From Patescibacteria group bacterium (lineage in GTDB: Bacteria; Patescibacteriota; Microgenomatia; UBA1406; GWC2-37-13): 64,000 nt of DNA. The stretch spans positions 27,760 to 91,759 of the forward strand of contig JAMCST010000009.1 in the NCBI GenBank assembly GCA_023380935.1, read 5' to 3'. Positions 1 through 8,038 of this stretch are shown piece after piece. The notes beneath the pieces were generated by a model. The model was given only the letters and a program-made list of their open reading frames with translations, was not told the origin of the DNA and ran no database searches. The translations under genes and the position numbers were made by a program. Positions within the stretch are counted from its first letter, which is position 1, and each line of letters begins with the position of its first letter.

Positions 1-2703
1 TTTGTCCTTAATAAAAACCTTTATAACGGAATTTCCGAGGATGACCGGTCAGACTTTAGAAAACAGCACGTGGGGATGATTTATCAGCAACCCAACTGGA
101 TACGTTCATTAAACGTGGTAGAGAATGTGGCTTTTCCGCTTACTCTTCTGGGAAAGAACCGAGCGCAGTCTCTGGTTAAGGCCGGACAAATGCTTAGACT
201 TACCAAAATGGATCGCTGGGTTAATTATTACCCCAGCGAACTTTCCTCCGGACAGCAGCAAAAAGTTGCCTTAGCGAGAGCCCTTGTTACCAACCCCGAA
301 ATAATACTGGCTGATGAGCCAACGGGCAACCTTGACTACCAGTCCGGACAGGAACTGATGGAAATGTTTACCGAGCTTAATAAAAACGGAAAGACAGTTG
401 TCATGGTAACACACGATTTAAATTACCTGACATTTGCAAAGAGGGCAGTAAGAATATTTGACGGTCGCATCGCCGAAACTTATGAGGGGGCAAAAAAAGA
501 TAAACTTTTAGCCAGTCTTGAACAAAAACGTACCGGCGGAAATTTAACCCTTACGGAAAATAACCTAATAAAGGCGGCGATTGATAATGCTGACGTGCAA
601 AAAACAGTTAAGCAAGAAGTAACATTTAAAAACCCGAAAGCGACACAACTTAAAGAAAAATTTCACCTTTCCAGATTTTTTCATAAAACTCTTGCAACAA
701 TCAGATACAGTTTTAACTTCTTGGTGATTCTTACCTTATACCTTTGCAACCGGCTTATCTTTAGTCACTTAAAAAGATTAGGGTTTTTGTTAAACATTTC
801 ACCTATCAGGAGCCTGGTTGCTTTTTATAACAAAGTAAGCACAAAACTTCTTAGTACACTTGACAGCGCATCGGGTGAGTCCATTTCGGAAACCGATCTG
901 GTGGAGCTGGCGATAAGCAACATGGCGGTAAAAAGAGTCAGGACGCTGGTTACAGTTGGCGGCATGATGCTAAGTATCGGCGCAATTGTCTTTTTGGTTT
1001 CGGTAGGCTACGGGTTGCAGCAGTTGGTGGTTACCCGTGTTGCCCGGCTTGAGGAAATGAAACAGGCCGATATTACTCCGCAAACCGGCGGGAAAATAAA
1101 GATCAATGATAAAACTTTAGCCGATTTTAAGGATATCCCGCAGGTTGAAATGGCTCTACCGCTTTTGGCGGTAGTGGGACGTGTCAACTACCAAAACTCG
1201 GTTTCCGATATGGCAGTATATGGCGTTACTACTGATTATCTGAAACAATCGGCAATTAAACCGGTTGAGGGAAAGATATTTAATAGCAACGATTTGGTGT
1301 CCAGTCTTAAAACTCCGACAAACAGTGACGGGCAGGTGGCTGGTTCTTCCACGGAGAAAGCCGTTTTTGGGGAGAAAATCCAAAATGTGGAATACACAAT
1401 TGATCCATCCACTTGGGTAAGAGTACGCGAGGGGCCATCAACCAGCGATAAAATCTTGGGATACACTAAGCGGGTTGAGGGGAAATCACAGGGCGAGGAA
1501 ACCTGGGGGTTAAGCTATATTTCAGAGGATGAAAGCGGAAAGGCGGGAACAACGGAAGACGGCAAAACTTTAGGAAAGTGGATTAAAGCTCCGGTTCTTC
1601 TTTGGAAGGAACAAATTTGCGATCAGAAAACAGAGGGTGATTGCGAAGACGGGAAATACATGGTTTTGCGAGATGAGGATAACAAGCAGGTACAAAAATC
1701 TGGTTATTTTGCCGAACTTGGTTTAAGCGTAAAGGGCGCAAATGTCAGTAAATCGCAGGTTTTGGGAGTAAGCTCGGATTTATCAACCGCAACCGGCGAT
1801 GCCTCAAAGAGCGCAAAAACCGACCCTAACGCTTCTATTAACTGGGTAGATATTGCCTCGGAGTCCGGGACGGTTGCCCCGCCTGAAACAAAAACCGTGG
1901 AACTTTCCGGAAATGCCAAAAGAGAGGCAGTGGTTAACCGCGCCATGCTTAAGGTTCTTGGGATTAAGGAAAATGAGGCTGTAGGCAAAAAATTTAACGT
2001 TTCCTTTGTCGTAGTCGGAGACCTTCTAAATGATAATGCGGAAAAAATCGAGTCGGCCGCAACCGAATACACAATTGTCGGCGTAACGCCTGATGAAAAA
2101 ACACCTGTTTTTTATGTTCCCTTTATTGATTTACGGTCTCTTGGCGTAACCAACTACTCTCAAGTTACAATTGTAGTAAAAGATCAAGCAAATTTGTCAA
2201 CGGTTAGAAAACAAATCGAGGCTATGGGATATGTAACCAGATCAGTTACCGATACGGTGGCCCAGATAAATTCACTGTTTGCCACCGCCCGTACAATTTT
2301 GGTGCTTTTAGGGATGGTTGCCTTAGCTGTTGCCGCATTGGGAATGTTTAATACGCTAACCGTTTCTCTTTTGGAGCGAACCCGTGAAGTGGGACTTATG
2401 AAAGCCATGGGGATGAAGTCGTCGGAAGTGCAGGAACTATTTCTAACGGAGTCGATGATTATGGGTTTTACGGGCGGAATTTTAGGGATAATACTTGGGT
2501 TTTTAATCGGTAAACTGGCGGGGCTTGTTTTGTCTTTCTTGGCCGTTTTCAGAGGCGCGGGATTTATAGACATTTCCTATATCCCCTTCTCGTTTGTAGC
2601 TACGGTTGTTTTGCTTTCCATCTTAGTTGGTGTTATAACCGGAATCTACCCGGCCAAACGAGCCACCAAAATTTCAGCACTTAATGCCTTACGGTATGAA
2701 TAA
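1..2703 (+). CDS. MacB-type ABC transporter, ATP-binding domain fused to FtsX-family permease (5' end outside window)
   Basis: The reading frame is open from nt 1, so the listed GTG at 70 is internal. ABC signature LSSGQQQKVALARAL, Walker B IILADEPTGNLD and H-loop VVMVTHD are present. The C terminus has an FtsX-like TM bundle (LMKAMGMKSSEVQELFLTESMIMGF...). The loop between the first and second permease helices is very long. Confidence 0.85.
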   Translation, partial: FVLNKNLYNGISEDDRSDFRKQHVGMIYQQPNWIRSLNVVENVAFPLTLLGKNRAQSLVKAGQMLRLTKMDRWVNYYPSELSSGQQQKVALARALVTNPEIILADEPTGNLDYQSGQELMEMFTELNKNGKTVVMVTHDLNYLTFAKRAVRIFDGRIAETYEGAKKDKLLASLEQKRTGGNLTLTENNLIKAAIDNADVQKTVKQEVTFKNPKATQLKEKFHLSRFFHKTLATIRYSFNFLVILTLYLCNRLIFSHLKRLGFLLNISPIRSLVAFYNKVSTKLLSTLDSASGESISETDLVELAISNMAVKRVRTLVTVGGMMLSIGAIVFLVSVGYGLQQLVVTRVARLEEMKQADITPQTGGKIKINDKTLADFKDIPQVEMALPLLAVVGRVNYQNSVSDMAVYGVTTDYLKQSAIKPVEGKIFNSNDLVSSLKTPTNSDGQVAGSSTEKAVFGEKIQNVEYTIDPSTWVRVREGPSTSDKILGYTKRVEGKSQGEETWGLSYISEDESGKAGTTEDGKTLGKWIKAPVLLWKEQICDQKTEGDCEDGKYMVLRDEDNKQVQKSGYFAELGLSVKGANVSKSQVLGVSSDLSTATGDASKSAKTDPNASINWVDIASESGTVAPPETKTVELSGNAKREAVVNRAMLKVLGIKENEAVGKKFNVSFVVVGDLLNDNAEKIESAATEYTIVGVTPDEKTPVFYVPFIDLRSLGVTNYSQVTIVVKDQANLSTVRKQIEAMGYVTRSVTDTVAQINSLFATARTILVLLGMVALAVAALGMFNTLTVSLLERTREVGLMKAMGMKSSEVQELFLTESMIMGFTGGILGIILGFLIGKLAGLVLSFLAVFRGAGFIDISYIPFSFVATVVLLSILVGVITGIYPAKRATKISALNALRYE

Positions 2704-2745
2704 AAAGTCAAGGGAAAAGTGTTAAGAAACCTATCATATCTTCAT

Positions 2746-2835
2746 ATGGGTACAGAAGATCAAAAACTAGCCAAAGTTTTCAGAGAAGCCAGAGAAAGAG
2801 CCGGTCTAAAAATAAGCAGAGACTCCCGTCACTGA
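2746..2835 (+). pseudogene. 29-codon remnant resembling the start of an XRE/RodZ-type helix-turn-helix gene, ending inside the IS left-end hairpin
   Basis: ATG at 2746 gives the peptide MGTEDQKLAKVFREARERAGLKISRDSRH. The TGA stop at 2833-2835 lies within the 2822-2872 hairpin. The ORF is under 60 aa and so is absent from the ORF track. Confidence 0.25.
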
Positions 2836-3391
2836 AGCTTGGGCTAGTAAGCCCTTGCGAAGGGACGGGAGTGAATGCCCGAGCGAGATGTCGATGCGAT
2901 ACAATAAGAGAATATGGACATAAGGTTGTTGCCCCATACGGCCTATAGGTGCCAGTATCACATTGTTTGGGTCACCAAGTATCGTCATCGAGCTCTGAAT
3001 CCTGTGAAGTTTCGGTCTGTTGCAGAGAAAGCGATTAAGAATGCGGCAGAGATGATCAATGCGGTGGAGGTGGTGGAAATGAACGTCCAGCCGGAACACG
3101 TTCATCTGATCATGATTATTCCACCCAAATATGCTGTGTCAAAAATTGTTGAGATTGTGAAATCAAGAAGCGCAAAAATCATACGGAAAGAAATCCAATG
3201 GTTGGAAAAGCTGTATGATGCCACCAATAGCATGTGGACGGTTGGCTACTTCGTCTCAACGGTTGGGATCGATGAAGTATTCATCAAACAGTATGTACGA
3301 TACCAACAGAAACAGGATTCAGGACAAGCGAAGCTTGAATTTCACCAGTAAAGTACCCCGTCACTGAAACGAAGTTGAAGGGACGGGGGTA
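2822..3391 (+). mobile_element. IS200/IS605-family insertion sequence, tnpA-only (IS200-like)
   Basis: A Y1 transposase ORF is flanked by subterminal imperfect palindromes. ACTCCCGTC (2822-2830) pairs with GACGGGAGT (2864-2872). ACCCCGTC (3355-3362) pairs with GACGGGGGT (3382-3390) with one bulged G. Both left arms share CCGTCACTGAA. No terminal inverted repeats and no tnpB are present. Confidence 0.7.
2914..3351 (+). CDS. tnpA: IS200/IS605 family Y1 (HUH) transposase TnpA
   Basis: 145 aa. Contains YHIVWVTKYR, the HUH motif HVHLIMIIPP, and the catalytic-Tyr region WTVGYFVSTVG, all typical of IS200 TnpA. Confidence 0.93.
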   Translation: MDIRLLPHTAYRCQYHIVWVTKYRHRALNPVKFRSVAEKAIKNAAEMINAVEVVEMNVQPEHVHLIMIIPPKYAVSKIVEIVKSRSAKIIRKEIQWLEKLYDATNSMWTVGYFVSTVGIDEVFIKQYVRYQQKQDSGQAKLEFHQ

Positions 3392-3470
3392 TCTATATAT
3401 TGATATAACGGGCCAATCATTAAATCGGGAACTTTAAAACAATACGGAAGCATTTGGCTTCAATTTTGCT

Positions 3471-3492
3471 TTCGGGAGGACAGGAATCGAAC
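3471..3492 (-). other. tRNA 3'-end-like fragment (T-loop, 3' T-stem and acceptor strand only)
   Basis: The minus strand reads GTTCGATTCCTGTCCTCCCGAA. This is a GTTCGATTCC T-loop consensus followed by an acceptor-like strand. No matching 5' T-stem, anticodon arm or D arm is present, so it is not a functional tRNA. Confidence 0.35.
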
Positions 3493-3536
3493 TTTTTAAA
3501 CCGATGATCAATAGATAAAAGCAAGTTAATCTTCTC

Positions 3537-4808
3537 CTATATTTTTTTTGTAATTACTGAAGTATTAAAATATGGAATAAAATAAACCCTGGTATTCTCC
3601 AGAGTTATTTCTTGAGTCAGACTAAGATTAACAACGAAAGCTTTCGACGTCCTATATTTACTCAAGAACGATCTGAACGATCGACCCATTTCTGGTGTCT
3701 TTAAATTTGTATATTTAACTTCTATGGGAAGAATGTCTTTTCCGGTATTAATAACAAAGTCAACTTCTGCTTTATCTTTTGTCCTCCAGAAGTGGATTGT
3801 TGTTGGGGTAAGCTGGAAAATACTGACGAGATTGTTAAAGATAAAGTTCTCAAACAAAAAACCAGAAGAATCAAAGGCGGCATTACCAAATTGACTGATG
3901 GCGAAATTCCGAAGCCCTAGATCGTTGAAGTAATAAACTGGGCTTTTAGTTATTTCTTTCCTTGTGTTTTTAAAGTAGGGAGTAACTTTACTAATGATAA
4001 ACGTCTTTTCCAAATACCATAAATAATTTTTTACTGTGGGAGACGAAACTCCTAAAGTATTGGAAAGTTCAGAAATATTTACCAAACTACCTATTTGGGA
4101 TGACAAAATCCGTAATAAATCTGTCAAGCTTCCTGTTTTTTTTATATTCAGCAAAACAGACATGTCTTTTTCTAAAAAACTTTGATAAATATCAGCAATT
4201 ACCGCCCGTTTCTCTTTGGTGGTAGAAGCTAATACCACTTTTGGATAACCACCGAAATTGAGATATTCCTCAAGGTAATTCCGAGCTTGCTCCCTAAAAA
4301 GATCAAAATAAGATGCAAGTTCTGCGAACGAACTACCTTCTTGGATATGTTTGTAATCTGTTTTATAAGCAATAAATTCTTCGAAACTTAGAGTTGTTAG
4401 TTCAAACAATCTTTTTCTTCCGGGCAATGATTCATGAATCTTTTCTTTAAGCTCAATGCTTCCTGATCCTGATACGATCAATTTGTACGGAAGTTTCATA
4501 TCGTAAAGACCTTTAAGAAATATTCCAGCATTTTCTTTTCTCTGAATTTCGTCAATAAAAACGTAGCCTTTTTCATTTCCAATCTCGTAAATAATCCTTT
4601 GTATAAGTTTTTCCTGTGTGTCAAAAAATGGCCTATCTGCAGTAAAATCAAGGTTAAGGAAGAGTGTTTTCTCACCTTTTTTCCTTAAATCATCCCTTAA
4701 TATTTCCATTATGGTTGTTTTTCCAGCCTGACGAGGTCCAACAATCATCGTAATTTCCGGGTGTAAAAGATGGGTTTGTATCTGGCTAAGCAGTTTTCTT
4801 CTAATCAT
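3537..4808 (-). CDS. AAA+ ATPase of the AAA_14/DUF4143 family
   Basis: 423 aa. Walker A is VGPRQAGKTT and Walker B is GYVFIDEIQ. The C-terminal region (FWRTKDKAEVDFVI) is typical of DUF4143 proteins. Confidence 0.85.
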   Translation of the reverse strand: MIRRKLLSQIQTHLLHPEITMIVGPRQAGKTTIMEILRDDLRKKGEKTLFLNLDFTADRPFFDTQEKLIQRIIYEIGNEKGYVFIDEIQRKENAGIFLKGLYDMKLPYKLIVSGSGSIELKEKIHESLPGRKRLFELTTLSFEEFIAYKTDYKHIQEGSSFAELASYFDLFREQARNYLEEYLNFGGYPKVVLASTTKEKRAVIADIYQSFLEKDMSVLLNIKKTGSLTDLLRILSSQIGSLVNISELSNTLGVSSPTVKNYLWYLEKTFIISKVTPYFKNTRKEITKSPVYYFNDLGLRNFAISQFGNAAFDSSGFLFENFIFNNLVSIFQLTPTTIHFWRTKDKAEVDFVINTGKDILPIEVKYTNLKTPEMGRSFRSFLSKYRTSKAFVVNLSLTQEITLENTRVYFIPYFNTSVITKKI

Positions 4809-4946
4809 ATATTTCTATTATAACCCGAGAATTATAAATGTCAAGTTATGTTTAAGTACGAGAAATATATTAGTACAGCCTGACTTTTGGCTTAATGGCG
4901 CTATTTCTCTGTCTGCTTAGTTGAATAACCTCCAATTTATTAAAAT

Positions 4947-4998
4947 GAATGAGAACTTGGTCGATTAAAAGTTCAAAATAATTGCGTCTCCCGCTCCA
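4947..4998. repeat. Direct repeat copy 1 (about 52 bp) upstream of fic
   Basis: GAATGAGAACTTGGTCGATTAAAAGTTCAAAATAATTGCGTCTCCCGCTCCA recurs at 6418-6470 with a single 1-nt indel. Confidence 0.9.
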
Positions 4999-5113
4999 GA
5001 CGGGGCACTTTGAGTATCAAAGTGCTTAATGTATTGATATAACGGTTTAATTTTAAAATTACCATTTTCCCGTATCATGTCTCTCTTCAAATTCGTGAAA
5101 TTTTTAGCTTAAA

Positions 5114-5138
5114 CCGGGTTCAAATCCCGCCTCTTCGT
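5114..5138 (+). other. tRNA 3'-end-like fragment (T-arm plus acceptor 3' strand)
   Basis: CCGGGTTCAAATCCCGCCTCTTCG contains a GGTTCAAATCC T-loop consensus with a 4-bp T-stem. No complementary 5' acceptor strand (CGAAGAG) occurs within 100 nt upstream. Confidence 0.3.
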
Positions 5139-5170
5139 TTTATAGCTCAAACATAGATAAGGAAATTCTT

Positions 5171-5230
5171 ATCTACGATAAATGCCGCTTGACATATCAT
5201 AAACTACGATTTATACTATTGATCGTAGAT
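5171..5230 (+). promoter_or_regulatory. Sigma70-like promoter of fic with an embracing inverted repeat (candidate operator)
   Basis: TTGACA (5189-5194), a 17-nt spacer, then TATACT (5212-5217). ATCTACGAT (5171-5179) is the exact reverse complement of ATCGTAGAT (5222-5230). A third CTACGAT copy lies at 5204-5210, inside the spacer. Confidence 0.45.
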
Positions 5231-5255
5231 AACCAATTGTCAATCTATAACAGCC

Positions 5256-6392
5256 ATGAGAACAGGAAACTACGTAAATCAACAAAAAGGAGAGATTCGA
5301 TATAGGGCTTTTATTCCGAACGAATTGCCCCTTGATTTTGTTATTGATTCTGAATTACAGACTCTTCTTTCTAAGGCTGACCAGGCGCTTGGTCGGTTAG
5401 ATAGTATTGGGGAGATCGTTCCGGATGTCGATTTTTTCATTCTGATGTATGTAAGGAAGGAGGCTACCTTATCCAGTCAAATCGAAGGCACGCAAGCAAC
5501 ATTTGTCGATGTTCTTAAAGCTGAGGCAAAAGTTAAGGATTTGGAAATACACAAAGACGTTGATGAAATATTAAATTACATCAATGCGATGAATTATGGC
5601 CTGGAAAGGTTAAAGGATTTACCTTTATCATTAAGACTGATTAAAGAGATTCATACAAAATTATTACATGGTGTTCGCGGGGAATGGAAAACACCAGGCG
5701 ATTTTAGAACTTCACAGAACTGGGTCGGAGGTTCTAGTGTCCGAAATGCTACCTTTGTCCCTCCTCCTGAATCAGAGCTCATGCGTTTGATGGGCAATCT
5801 TGAAAAATATTTCCATGACATTAAACCGACACCCATTCTTATTAAAACTGGCGTTATTCATGCCCATTTTGAAACAATTCACCCTTTCCTGGATGGCAAC
5901 GGCAGGATCGGCAGACTTTTAATTACGTTCTATTTATGCCAACAAAATGTATTAAAACAACCCCTACTATATCTTTCAGAATTTTTTAAAGAATACAGGC
6001 AGGTGTATTACGACAAACTCAACGCCTATCGAGAAAATGACGACATTGAAGGTTGGCTTAAATTTTACTTAGAAGCGGTTATGGTAACGGCGGAAAAAGC
6101 AGTAACCACATCGAGAAAAATTATTAAATTACGCGAAGAGGACACTCATAAGGTTGCTTCTCTTGGCAGATCTTCTGGAAGAGGAATTAGATTGCTTAAT
6201 TATTTATATAAAAAGCCCCTTATAACTATTAGAGGGGTAGAAAAAGTAGTTGGGCTAAAAAACCCTAACGCATTAAATCTTGTCTCTAAATTAGAAAAGA
6301 TTGGAATTTTGAAGGAAATTACTGGTAAAAGCAGAAATCGAATATATTCCTATGATGGTTATGTTAAACTTTTTTCAGTTCCAGAAAATTGA
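5256..6392 (+). CDS. fic: Fic family protein (AMPylase-type Fic/DOC fold) with N-terminal Fic_N and C-terminal winged-helix region
   Basis: 378 aa. The Fic motif HPFLDGNGRIGR is present. The N-terminal segment SSQIEG matches the (S/T)xxxE(G/N) inhibitory-helix motif. The N terminus (YRAFIPNELP) is typical of this family. Confidence 0.92.
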   Translation: MRTGNYVNQQKGEIRYRAFIPNELPLDFVIDSELQTLLSKADQALGRLDSIGEIVPDVDFFILMYVRKEATLSSQIEGTQATFVDVLKAEAKVKDLEIHKDVDEILNYINAMNYGLERLKDLPLSLRLIKEIHTKLLHGVRGEWKTPGDFRTSQNWVGGSSVRNATFVPPPESELMRLMGNLEKYFHDIKPTPILIKTGVIHAHFETIHPFLDGNGRIGRLLITFYLCQQNVLKQPLLYLSEFFKEYRQVYYDKLNAYRENDDIEGWLKFYLEAVMVTAEKAVTTSRKIIKLREEDTHKVASLGRSSGRGIRLLNYLYKKPLITIRGVEKVVGLKNPNALNLVSKLEKIGILKEITGKSRNRIYSYDGYVKLFSVPEN

Positions 6393-6417
6393 TAAAACTC
6401 TTTTAGCTTGGCGAAAC

Positions 6418-6470
6418 GAATGAGAACTTGGTCGATTAAAAGTTCAAAATAATTTGCGTCTCCCGCTCCA
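6418..6470. repeat. Direct repeat copy 2 downstream of fic
   Basis: Matches 4947-4998 except for one extra T (AATTTGCG versus AATTGCG). Confidence 0.9.
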
Positions 6471-6520
6471 TACGTGACAGAAATGTACATAAAATGACAG
6501 TAAAATTACAATAATTAACA

Positions 6521-7261
6521 ATGACGAACTCTTCAACTCTTGCACAATGGAATGATTCAGCCGATTGGTACGATAAAAACATGGGTGAAGAGGGAGATAA
6601 GCTAAATAGGACAATTATTCGTCCCAATGTTCTTCGTGTATTGGGAAATCTTCAAGGAAAAACACTCTTAGATGTTGGATGTGGCAGTGGTTATCTCACT
6701 TCCGAATTGGCAAAAACAGCCGAAAAAATAGTTGGCACTGATTTTGCTCCAGATTTTGTTAAAATCTGCCGAGAAAAGTATAAAAATCAACATAATCTTT
6801 CGTTTCAGGTTCAAGATGTTACTCAGGAATTTATCTTTCCGAGTGAGAGTTTTGATATAGTGCTCTGTAAAATGGTTCTGCAATACGTTGAAAATATTGA
6901 CAATTTTGCTAAAGAATCAACAAGACTTTTAAAGATGGGTGGAAAAGTAGTTGTGATTGTTGACCATCCTTTTAATAGCCAGTTTTACTACGCTCAAAGC
7001 CTAACTGGGAAAAAGAACCCTAAGTACGAAGACTTGAAAGACTATTTTTCTAGAGAACCACAAACCAAGTTGTCATTATGGGGTAAGGTTAAGTTAACTT
7101 GGTACCCCAAAACCATATCTGATTATATCCAGCCATTCACAAAGGTAGGACTACATTTGTCCAACATTGAAGAACTTGAAGAGACCAAAGAAAGTGTAAG
7201 AATTCCGAGAATTTTGTTATTAGAGTTTAAATCGGTCTCTACGGCTAAGACAGGTCTCTAA
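6521..7261 (+). CDS. Class I SAM-dependent methyltransferase
   Basis: 246 aa. Motif I is LLDVGCGSGYLT and the post-I acidic residue is in VGTDF. Overall it is Methyltransf_11/25-like. Confidence 0.85.
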   Translation: MTNSSTLAQWNDSADWYDKNMGEEGDKLNRTIIRPNVLRVLGNLQGKTLLDVGCGSGYLTSELAKTAEKIVGTDFAPDFVKICREKYKNQHNLSFQVQDVTQEFIFPSESFDIVLCKMVLQYVENIDNFAKESTRLLKMGGKVVVIVDHPFNSQFYYAQSLTGKKNPKYEDLKDYFSREPQTKLSLWGKVKLTWYPKTISDYIQPFTKVGLHLSNIEELEETKESVRIPRILLLEFKSVSTAKTGL

Positions 7262-7516
7262 CTAATATTTTACGCTGTCAGCTCTCTTAAAAGGTACCTT
7301 TTACCATAGAGATCACTCGGTAAGACTATTTTCCATTAATTACTTCGTGAGAAGTTTAAGCATCTTGTGGGACCATATGGTCTATTATAAACCCAGTGAT
7401 CGTTTTGCGGCCTGAGAGATATTTTTCAATATATCCATCCAGTCCTCCCCGCAACGTTCAAGCCAGAGATAGGTAGGCAGACTGGACACCGGTCATAAAA
7501 ATACTAGAATAAACGT

Positions 7517-7978
7517 ATGGATAAACTTGTCAGCGACTTTAAATCGGCGCAAGCAGGCTTCATTAATGCGCTGGAAAAGTTTCCCGTCGAGAAAGTCGAT
7601 GAAACGCTGTTTGGCGACTGGAACCTCAAAGATGTGGTGGCCCATTTCGTCGGGTGGGATAAGGAATTTACAAGCGCGTTAAAATCGTTTCGCAAAGGGA
7701 TTCAATATAAGTATTGGGGGAAGATATACGAGTTTAACGAGAAGGTTGTCTCGGCGTCAAAAAACAAATCCTGGCAGGAAATATTGGCCGAGTTTAAGAA
7801 ATCCGGGGACGACTTTATCGCGGGCTATGCCGGCTATCCGGAAAATCTGCTCAGCCATAAAATATGGAAAGATAAAATATATACACCGGCAAGGATTATG
7901 GAAATCAATATCCATCATTATCGAAAAGCCCAATTCGTCAAGATAAACGCATTGCTTAAGAAATGGGGGTTGTTATGA
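7517..7978 (+). CDS. DinB/ClbS(DUF1706)-like four-helix-bundle protein
   Basis: 153 aa. The N-terminal pattern FINALEKFP...WNLKDVVAHFVGWD resembles DinB-superfamily or ClbS proteins. The assignment is by eye only. Confidence 0.4.
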   Translation: MDKLVSDFKSAQAGFINALEKFPVEKVDETLFGDWNLKDVVAHFVGWDKEFTSALKSFRKGIQYKYWGKIYEFNEKVVSASKNKSWQEILAEFKKSGDDFIAGYAGYPENLLSHKIWKDKIYTPARIMEINIHHYRKAQFVKINALLKKWGLL

Positions 7979-8038
7979 ATACACATCGGCCGATTTTCGT
8001 TTTGACAACAACAGTAATGGTTGGCGTTTCCCAGCCGC

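Noticed and set aside
3398-3411. 14-nt repeat TATTGATATAACGG (also at 5032-5045) taken on its own as a significant repeat
   Set aside because: Exact 14-mers are expected to recur by chance a few times in 64 kb. It is mentioned only because both copies are preceded by GACGGGG near IS-type hairpins, and even then with low confidence.
7371-7382. 12-bp palindrome GACCATATGGTC in the 7262-7516 intergenic region, and possible small ORFs there
   Set aside because: Palindromes of this length are expected by chance. The candidate minus-strand ORF starting at 7496 terminates after 12 codons when read carefully. No RNA-gene-like structure was recognised.
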